Assembly (NCBI GenBank): GCA_963802945.1
Contig: CAWDKY010000024.1
Location: 29,489 to 93,488 of the forward strand
Direction of reading: 5' to 3'
DNA length: 64,000 bases
Origin: an uncultured delta proteobacterium
GTDB lineage: Bacteria > Desulfobacterota > RBG-13-43-22
Shown: positions 56,024 to 64,000 of the stretch, in pieces
How positions within the stretch are numbered: the stretch's first letter is position 1
Layout of the letters: the number at the start of each line of letters is the position of its first letter
The notes under the pieces: model-generated
Database searches by the model: none
Told to the model about the DNA's origin: nothing
Seen by the model: only the letters and a program-made list of their open reading frames with translations
Program-made: the position numbers and the translations under genes

Positions 56024-57448
56024 TTAAAATCTTATGCTCACCTTATACTTAAGCTTGCTTTCCTGATCTTTGGGGACCGGTATGTCAAAGGCAATGGTCG
56101 CGGTATCCAGCTTGGTATAAGGATGGGAATTTTCCAGAACCTTCCAGTCTCCGGGCAGAGGCTCAATCACCCTGATGACCACATCTTCTTTCTTATGGTT
56201 CCGAAGGGAAATTTCATAGGCTGACTCATAGGTGTCGGAGGCAATTTTTTCCCATTGTATCTGCTTCCTTTCGGCCTTTAAATCAAAGGCCTCCCCCAGC
56301 CTGAGCCTGATCTTTTCATCTTTGGGTGTGTGGTCTATGGAATCTTCTCCGATGAGCTGTAGACTCCCATCTGCATCTCGTTTATAGGCCCTAACTGTCC
56401 CTTTAGGCAGGGGCATCCCCAGAAGGTTCTCCTTGGAATTGGTCAATTGGACAAAGACGTCGACCTTCTGGTTGGAAATAACTCCTCCCTGCTTGCTTCG
56501 GTAATAATATTCTAAACCCCGATAGATGAATTGTTTGTTAACCGGAATCCGGTCGACACTTAGTAAACTGATCTGCTTGGTCTGGTTTTCTTTGAGGGTT
56601 GTCTTTCTCTCCAGGGTATAGATGTGATATTCAAAGAATGAATCTTCTTTAAACTGAGGAGCCGCTGCCTCCTTGGAAGCGACCATAGATTTCCTGACTC
56701 TTGCAAAATCCTCCTGGACCCGGTGAATATCTCCGGCCACCAATTTTAGACCGGCATTTCGATAGGCGGCACCGCTTTGGTTGTCGATGGTAACCCAACC
56801 CGAAAGGCTGGCCTGGGTATCCTGGGCATTGAGAACCAAAACATAATCCGATTTCCAGTTGATGCCGTTGGTCAAATAGAGGGCTTCAATCTTTTGGGGG
56901 TGGGTCTGGGTATTATTCAACAACCAGATCAGGGTGGGTTTGGAAATGAGATCCTTGGGAATTTCCGGGAAAAGTATCCGACCCGGGTGATTGAAAGTAA
57001 TATCCTGCCCGATCTGAAAGACCGGCTGGTTTTCGTTGTTGGCCAGCAATGTGGCTGAAACTATCTCCTCCCTCTCGGTATAGGGATTCTTGGTGAAGAG
57101 TTTGACCTCTTTGCCCACGTACTTATCCAGCAATTTTCTGGGGTTTAACAGGTCATATTCATAATTTTGTTCCAGGACCGAAAAAGGATTGGCCTCTAGG
57201 ACGGACTTTATACTGACACTGGTGGGAATGATGTGAGAGGCCACATCCATAAACTTGAGTTCCTGAACGCCAGCCGCCAATTTGACTTGCCTTTGGTCCT
57301 TAACCAGTCCCAGATTGCTGTTGTAGACCGTTATCTCCAGGGATGTCTGGTCTTCCTGAGTCGTGGTCTGCCGTTCGATGGCCAATAGAGGGACTGCCGC
57401 AACAAACAATATCAGGGATGTTAAAAAAAATCTGAAGATTTTTTTCAT
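56024..57448 (-). CDS. DUF4139 domain exported protein
   Basis: Signal peptide, TVYN.NLGLV, EQNYEYDL, LGMPLPKG, IDHTP. Confidence 0.85.
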   Translation of the reverse strand: MKKIFRFFLTSLILFVAAVPLLAIERQTTTQEDQTSLEITVYNSNLGLVKDQRQVKLAAGVQELKFMDVASHIIPTSVSIKSVLEANPFSVLEQNYEYDLLNPRKLLDKYVGKEVKLFTKNPYTEREEIVSATLLANNENQPVFQIGQDITFNHPGRILFPEIPKDLISKPTLIWLLNNTQTHPQKIEALYLTNGINWKSDYVLVLNAQDTQASLSGWVTIDNQSGAAYRNAGLKLVAGDIHRVQEDFARVRKSMVASKEAAAPQFKEDSFFEYHIYTLERKTTLKENQTKQISLLSVDRIPVNKQFIYRGLEYYYRSKQGGVISNQKVDVFVQLTNSKENLLGMPLPKGTVRAYKRDADGSLQLIGEDSIDHTPKDEKIRLRLGEAFDLKAERKQIQWEKIASDTYESAYEISLRNHKKEDVVIRVIEPLPGDWKVLENSHPYTKLDTATIAFDIPVPKDQESKLKYKVSIRF

Positions 57449-57562
57449 AACTTCCTCCTGTCATATGCGCGATAAACTCTTATCGCCTTAAAGGTTGGGC
57501 TCCATGAAACTTGAAAAAAATTCTTAAGGATTCAAGATATCGACTTCAATTTTCGTATGGCC

Positions 57563-57937
57563 TTATGAATAAATCTCCTCATCTTCTTTCTTCCACTGGG
57601 GGGAAACCAAACATAAAAAGGTTAAATCCAAGTAGCCGGTATTTTGAATAAATTGTTTCGAATTGGGCGGGATATAAACGACCTGACCGGGGTGTACGGG
57701 AACTGATTCCTGGTCAATATGCACAACCCCTTCTCCTTCCAGGATATAAAAGATTTCGGACGAGGTCGATAATTTATGAACCAGTGTGCTTTGTCCGGGC
57801 TTGACTAAAGCGTAGGCCAAGCTAAATCCCATTTTAAGTGCAACATTCTCACGGGCGGGATGCAACAGTTCACAGAGAAGGCTTTGATCGCCGGCCTGAA
57901 AATAAGTACCATCCTTTATGTCTTTGATAACTATCAA
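57563..57937 (-). CDS. Cupin domain protein
   Basis: H....SEIFYILEGEG, G..VYIPP...Q.I.N. Confidence 0.85.
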   Translation of the reverse strand: MIVIKDIKDGTYFQAGDQSLLCELLHPARENVALKMGFSLAYALVKPGQSTLVHKLSTSSEIFYILEGEGVVHIDQESVPVHPGQVVYIPPNSKQFIQNTGYLDLTFLCLVSPQWKKEDEEIYS

Positions 57938-58622
57938 TGGTCACCTTTTCCTTTGGGATGTTAATTGATGTGCAAACACATATACCCTTATTCAGAATTT
58001 CAAATTTTGCAAGAGAAAATTGTCTAAGAAATAAGTAATCTTGTTGAATTATTAATGAGATCCGTGATAATTGGTAAGATGGTTGGACAAACTATCACCT
58101 CCTCCCTAAACCGGCTCTCTACAGAGAAAAGATAATTATAGGTTGTAATCCGATTCTTGGGATTTACAGCTTGTAAAAAAAATTGGTCTATGTTATATAG
58201 TCGACTTTCGTTCTTAGAAATGAACTTGGTAAAACTTTGAGCTGCGAAAAATCACCCGGTTTTTCCCCCAAATCAGAAGGTTAAGGAGACCCAGGGGAAA
58301 TATTTTTAAGGGCCTCTTTCTGACCTATTCCTGTAATTTGGAAAAAGTTTGCAGATTTATTTTGAATTTTGCCCAAGAGGATCAATGTTGGGGCTAAACC
58401 ACTAACATTTTGATATAACCAAGAATATTTGCACAATCGGGCAATTATCCGTTTATTACTATTTTGCGGTCCAACCGTTTATCGCCTAGTCAAGGGAGGA
58501 GGGATCATTAAGGACAAAAAGAGGCCTAACGCATTAATCTTTTTTTAAGGTTGCAAGAATATTTTTTTTAATATAAGAAAATAAGTTTATCAAAAGCTAA
58601 AATATTAATTAGGAGGTTGAAT

Positions 58623-60612
58623 ATGGCAGAAATAAAATCAATGATGGAGGAAACGAGGCAGTTTCCCCCTTCAAAAGAGTTTGTTGCTCAGGCTTACATC
58701 AAAAGCAGAGCAGAGTATGAAAAGATGTGGAAGGAATCGATTGAGAACCCGGAGAAATTCTGGGGCGGTGTGGCCTCCGAGCTGCATTGGTTTAAGAAAT
58801 GGGACAAGGTAAATGTCGAAGATTTTAAAAACGCCAAACTTGAGTGGTTTGTCGGCGGAAAGACCAATATTACTTACAACTGCCTTGATTACCAGGTTGA
58901 AAAAGGCAAAGGAGATAAGGTCGCCATTATATTCCAGGGCGAACCGGAAGACGATGTAAAGAAATTAACTTACAAACAGCTGTTAAAGGAAGTCTCGAAA
59001 TTTGCCAATGTCCTGAAGAGAAAAGGGGTAAAGAAAGGCGACCGGGTCGCTATTTACCTACCCATGATTTCCGAACTTCCCATCGCCATGATGGGCTGTG
59101 CCCGGATCGGTGCCGTCCATACCATCGTATTCGGCGGTTTCTCGGCTGAGGCCTTACGAGACCGGATCCTGGATGCCGGGGCCAAGGTACTGGTTACGGC
59201 CAATGGATATTGGAGGTCCGGCAAACAGGTAAGCTCCAAGGCCAATGCCGATCTCGCAGTGGAATATTGCGCCAAAGCAGGGACACAAGGTTGAGACGGT
59301 TGTTGTCGTAAAGAGACTTGAGAAATTTGACGTCCCCATGACCGCGGGAAGAGATTGCTGGTTTGAAGATGAAATGAAAACGGCCAGTGATACCTGTCCG
59401 GCAGAACCGATGGACGCCGAAGATCCCCTTTTCATCCTCTACACCTCAGGTTCAACCGGAAAACCCAAGGGTGTTCTCCATACCATCGGCGGCTATATGG
59501 TTTATTGCTACATTTCTTTCAAGTACATTTTTGATTATAAAGATAAGGATATCTTCTGGTGTACGGCTGATATCGGCTGGGTAACGGGACATTCCTATAT
59601 CGTCTATGGCCCGCTTTGCAACGGCGCAACATCGATCGTTTTCGAAAGTGTTCCTACCTTTCCACAGCCTGACCGATTCTGGCAGATGGTTGAGAAATTC
59701 AAGGTCAATATTTTTTACACCGCTCCAACTGCCATCCGGGCGATCATGAGAGAGGGCGACAAGTGGCCCAATGGAAGAGATCTTTCATCCCTCCGACTTC
59801 TGGGCACGGTCGGTGAACCGATCAACCCTGAAGCCTGGATGTGGTACCATAAACTCATCGGCAAAGAAAAATGCCCCATTGTGGACACCTGGTGGCAGAC
59901 CGAGACAGGTGGAATCTTGATTACCCCGCTGCCTGGGGCCTGGCCGACGAAACCCGGATCGGCAACCCTGCCCTTCTTCGGCGTAGATCCGGTTATCTTA
60001 AAGGCAAGGGCTTCAGCGGATGAGCCGGCACAGGAAGCAGGCGTCAATGAAGGCGGCGAGCTGTGTATCAGAAGGTCCTGGCCGGGCTTGATGAGAACCG
60101 TCTATAAAGAGCCCGAGAGGTTTTACAATACCTATTTTATCCAGCAGCCCGGTTTTTACTTCTCTGGTGATGGTGCCAGAAAGGATGAAGACGGCTACTT
60201 CTGGCTGATGGGACGTATCGACGACGTAGTCAACGTTTCCGGTCACCGGATCGGGACCGCCGAGGTTGAAAGCGCCCTGGTTTCTTATCCCCAGGTTGCC
60301 GAAGCCGCTGTGGTCGGTTTTCCACATGAGATCAAAGGTGAAGACCTTTATGCCTATGTAATTCTCAAGGTGGGTTTTGAAGGATCGGACCAGTTAAGAA
60401 AAGACCTGGTAGCCCATGTCCGAAAGGAAATCGGTCCTATCGCCTCCCCAGGAAAGATTCAATTTGTTCCCGGTCTTCCCAAGACGAGATCCGGTAAGAT
60501 TATGAGAAGGATCTTAAGGAAGGTGGCCTCCGGTGAGATCGATCAGCTTGGCGATATCTCAACCCTGGCCGATCCGTCGGTCGTTGAGGATATTGTGAAA
60601 AACCGGTTGTAA
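58623..60612 (+). CDS. acs: Acetyl-CoA synthetase (one +1 frameshift at GGG 59280-59282)
   Basis: [34 protein letters not shown]; AGGAGG RBS. Confidence 0.96.
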
Positions 60613-60636
60613 AAAAGAAGATAAATAGAAATTAAG

Positions 60637-60676
60637 ACAGGCAGATAATCCGGCCTTGGGCAGGATATCTGCCTGT
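60637..60676. terminator. Hairpin between convergent acs and acuC (probable bidirectional terminator)
   Basis: acaggcagata ... tatctgcctgt. Confidence 0.65.
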
Positions 60677-60695
60677 TCATTTTCAATTCCACCCT

Positions 60696-61830
60696 TCATA
60701 TCCCATGTAAGGGGAAAATTTCATCCTGGATATAAGCGACCACCCTTCGGGCTTCTTGAAGCGCTTTTTCTTTAGTTTCTCCTTCACTCAAGTATGGGTA
60801 ATCGTAAAGGCTGCCCACTTCCATCTCCGGCCCGAACATCATTCCCCCCACCAGACCGGCAAATTCATCTACTGGGACCAACTGATTTAAAATCGCCCAG
60901 GCCAAGGTCCAGCATCTGGCCGTGCGGTAGAGATCATAACCCCCTCCTCCCAAACCGATCACCTTGGGGCAAAGTTCCTTGATACTTCTTACTGTTTTTT
61001 GATAACCATTATTGGTCAACTTCAGATGGGTGAGGGGATCTGAAATTAAGGTGTCGGCCCCGAGTTCGGCCACGATGATATTCGGTGCAAAGGACTTGAC
61101 TAAGGGCGGGACCACGGCATCGAAGGCCAAGGCATAAACTTCATCATCGGTCCCGGGCTCCAAAGGCACATTAACCGTAAAGCCTTTCCCTTCTCCCTCC
61201 CCTATTTCTGTTTCCCAACCCGACCACGGAAAGAGGGTCTTTCCGGTCTCGTGAAGGGAGATGACCAGAACCCTTGGGTCTTCGTAAAAGGCTTCCTGGA
61301 CGCCATTGCCGTGATGGGCATCACAATCGATAAAGGCAACCTTAAGTCCAGGGTTTTTTCTTAAGGCGTCCAGTATGGTTATGGCAACGTCATTCAGGTA
61401 ACAGAAACCTTCGACCTGGTCGGGCATGGAATGATGAAAGCCTCCAAAAGGATTGAAGGCCGCATCGGCCTGACCGCTAAGGATCATTTCCATGATCTGA
61501 TGGGTCCCGCCCACTGTTCTTAACGACCAATCATAAATACCCGGGAGGATCGGGTTGTCTTCGGTCCCCAAACCGTATTCCAGCATCTCGAGACTCGAAC
61601 TCACCCCGGCTGGCTTTCTCGATGGCTTCGATCAAGGCCGGCTTATGGAAAAGGGTCAGCAGATCCGGATCGATGGGGTTTGGATTGAGGATGGTCATCC
61701 AGGGATGATTCATGACCCCATAGCGGGTGCAAAGGTCAAAGGTCTTGATAGCCCTTTCCGGTTTATAAGGGTGGTCGTTTCCAAAATTGAATTGGCCCAT
61801 TTCTCCGGAATATACAAAAATTGTCTTCAT
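60696..61830 (-). CDS. acuC: Zn-dependent deacetylase, AcuC/HDAC family (one +1 frameshift near 61597)
   Basis: HPYKPER, GGFHH, GFCYLND, D.DAHHGNG, SLHE, DPL, GGGGY. Confidence 0.85.
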
Positions 61831-61876
61831 CCTTACCTCGTTGTCTGGCCCAAAGGCCGCTTATTTTACTTGATCT

Positions 61877-62242
61877 TCAGCCGACCGTTTCTGCTATCAG
61901 GGAAAGGAATTTTTTCGGAGAAATCGGCTTGGATAAAAAGAGATCTCCTCCGGCCTCGAGCCCTCGTTTTTTGTCTTCTTCCTGATTTTTGGCTGTTAAA
62001 AAAACGATCGGGGTTTTCCGGAAGGTCTCCTTTCCCCTTATTATCTTGCACAGTTCAAAACCATCCATTTCCGGCATGACAATATCGAGAACCACAAGAT
62101 CGAAAATTTCCTGGTCGAGTTTTTTAAGGGCTTCGGAACCTCTGGAAAAGGTGTGCACTTCATAATTTTCAGATTTGAGAAGTTCTCTCAGGGCAATAAG
62201 GACCAATTCATCATCATCAATGATAAGAATACGTTTTCCCAT
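61877..62242 (-). CDS. Single-domain response regulator
   Basis: ILIIDDD, LDIVMPEMDG, FLTA, KP. Confidence 0.92.
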   Translation of the reverse strand: MGKRILIIDDDELVLIALRELLKSENYEVHTFSRGSEALKKLDQEIFDLVVLDIVMPEMDGFELCKIIRGKETFRKTPIVFLTAKNQEEDKKRGLEAGGDLFLSKPISPKKFLSLIAETVG

Positions 62243-62275
62243 TTCCTGACTCCTTAGGTTTTATAATAGATCGAA

Positions 62276-63991
62276 TCAATGGTTGACCCCTTTAACACTG
62301 AGGTCCCGGCCGGCAATAGGAAGGAGTATATTTACCTCGGTTCCGACACCGACCTGGCTCTTGATTTTCAGTTGCCCTCCATGGGCTTCCACAATGCCGA
62401 AACAAAGAGACAGGCCCAAACCGGTCCCTTGGCCCACCGGTTTGGTGCTGAAGAAGGGTTCCAGGACCTTGCCGAGAAGCACTTCGGGGATTCCTTCCCC
62501 GGTATCCTGCACCGAAACAATCACCGCCAAGAATTCATCCTCATTACTGAGATAGGAATGAATGGTCAACTCTTTCGGCCCGGGCACCATTTCCATGGCA
62601 TCCTTGGCATTGGAAATCAGGTTGAGGAAGACTTGTTCAAGCTGATTGGAATCCCCGGTAATCTTCGGGAGATTTTCGGATAATTGCCTGATGATGGTTA
62701 TATTATGGTTAAGGAGCTGCTGACCGGTGAGTAGCAAGGCATTTTCAACAGGCTGGTTAATATCGATTTCCTGAAAATCGGATTCGGTCTGCCGGGAAAA
62801 CTCCCTTAAGTGATGAACGATTTTCTCGATCCGATCATTGCACCGGCCGATGAGTTCCAGGTGTTCCCGGTTCGGACAATTTTCATGGAGGTTGTTCTGG
62901 ATGACATGAAAGATCGTCTGAGAGGCCATTAAAGGATTGTTCAATTCGTGGGCAACGCCGGCCACCAGTTCTCCCAGGGCCCTCATTTTGGAAGCCTCGA
63001 CCAAGTAAAATTGGGTTTCCTTAAGCTTGGCCTCCAGGCGTTTTTGTTCGGAAATATTTTTAAAAATCCCGGAAGTGCCAATAACCTGGCCTTCTTCATC
63101 GCGTAGCAAAGAGGCTGAGGTTGAAATGGTCAAGACCTCACCGCTTTTACCTTTGACCTGTATCTCATAATGTTCAATCCTTTCATCGGTAATCAGCCGG
63201 GTCATGATATCCCGGGCCTCTTGAATACCCCGGACATAAATCATCGAAATATGGGTTCCCAAAAGTTCCGACTTCGGGTAGGCCAGCATCTCCTCCATGG
63301 ATCGATTTAAATAAGTGATTTTACCCTTGAGATCCGTGGTGACGATACCGTCCACCGAACTCTGCATAATGTTTTCCAGAAATTCCTTGGTTTCCCGAAG
63401 TTCTTTTTCCAGTGTTTTTAGTTTAGTTATATTCCGGACGATTTCAACAAACCCCGTTATCTCACCAGTGGGTCCGGTAATGACCGCCAGGGAAGAATGA
63501 GCGGGAAACCGATGGCCGTTTTTTTGAATACGTTCTACCTCTTGGTCGCTTAGGCTTTCAGCCTTGACCCGATTCAAGAAGTTATTCTGGATTTTTTTTC
63601 TGGGTATGGGGGGAAAAAGGGTGATGGCGATATTTTGTTTCCCGATGACCTCTTCTTTTTTCCAGCCGAAGAGCCTTTCCGCCCCTTTGTTGAACTCTGT
63701 TATGGTTCCATCGACATCCATGGCCATAATGGCGTATTGGGTAGTACTCTCCAGGATGTTGAGTAAAAATTGAGAAAGGGAGCGGTATTTTTCTTCGGAT
63801 TCCCTCAGGTCCTTGAGGCTGATCCGTTTTTTCCTGATCTTTTTATCATGAAAGGAAACGGGGACTTGGTCTGATTTTTTTGGAGGGTCTTGTTTCAAAG
63901 GCCGATAACCTTCTAAGGATATTCGCCTTTCGATTTGAAATATTTCCTTAACGATGGGATGATTATATAATAAACAAAGAAACCAGAGCAA
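62276..63991 (-). CDS. Two-PAS-domain sensor histidine kinase (start uncertain)
   Basis: Two PAS/PAC repeats, AHELNNPL H-box, QVFLNL..NA, DTG.GI, PFFSTK, GTGLGL. Confidence 0.92.
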   Translation of the reverse strand: MLWFLCLLYNHPIVKEIFQIERRISLEGYRPLKQDPPKKSDQVPVSFHDKKIRKKRISLKDLRESEEKYRSLSQFLLNILESTTQYAIMAMDVDGTITEFNKGAERLFGWKKEEVIGKQNIAITLFPPIPRKKIQNNFLNRVKAESLSDQEVERIQKNGHRFPAHSSLAVITGPTGEITGFVEIVRNITKLKTLEKELRETKEFLENIMQSSVDGIVTTDLKGKITYLNRSMEEMLAYPKSELLGTHISMIYVRGIQEARDIMTRLITDERIEHYEIQVKGKSGEVLTISTSASLLRDEEGQVIGTSGIFKNISEQKRLEAKLKETQFYLVEASKMRALGELVAGVAHELNNPLMASQTIFHVIQNNLHENCPNREHLELIGRCNDRIEKIVHHLREFSRQTESDFQEIDINQPVENALLLTGQQLLNHNITIIRQLSENLPKITGDSNQLEQVFLNLISNAKDAMEMVPGPKELTIHSYLSNEDEFLAVIVSVQDTGEGIPEVLLGKVLEPFFSTKPVGQGTGLGLSLCFGIVEAHGGQLKIKSQVGVGTEVNILLPIAGRDLSVKGVNH

Positions 63992-64000
63992 GGGGAAAGA

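Noticed and set aside
54554-60612. Selenocysteine read-through at TGA-ending split ORFs (murA, acs), given selA nearby
   Set aside because: The continuation is in a different frame in each case, so these are frameshifts rather than UGA recoding; no selB or selC was seen.

Overview
Chromosomal segment of an anaerobic deltaproteobacterium, probably Desulfobacterota/Syntrophobacteria-like. That assignment is inferred from the hemB-ahbD-ahbA siroheme-dependent heme genes, selA, sigma54 regulators and the gatB-mtnA-rfaE and DUF4416-yicC-remA-gmk syntenies. Most of the window is housekeeping: rho-rpmE-prfA-prmC-murA-comEC, groESL with a CIRCE operator, mutS2, tRNA-Ser-dnaX, gatB...gmk, recJ, selA and acs/acuC. 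Twelve frameshifts in 11 genes are each repaired by removing one base, which points to uncorrected long-read insertion errors rather than real pseudogenes. Five things stand out. (1) A minus-strand block encodes a glycyl-radical enzyme with an atypical GCVY cysteine loop, its activase, an output-less membrane-GAF protein, a thiolase lacking the nucleophilic Cys with a DUF35 partner, and TetR. (2) A ~210-240 nt rod-like, G-U-supported candidate ncRNA lies upstream of that block. (3) Two genes (kup and an NtrC-type regulator) are reduced to their N- and C-termini joined in frame. (4) Several families of intergenic 7/8-bp-period inverted-repeat elements are dense here, some with nested REP-like hairpins. 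(5) An AT-rich HNH nuclease carries three tandem N-terminal repeats. No CRISPR array, rRNA, integrase or transposase was seen. All family assignments come from motif recognition by eye, not database searches.
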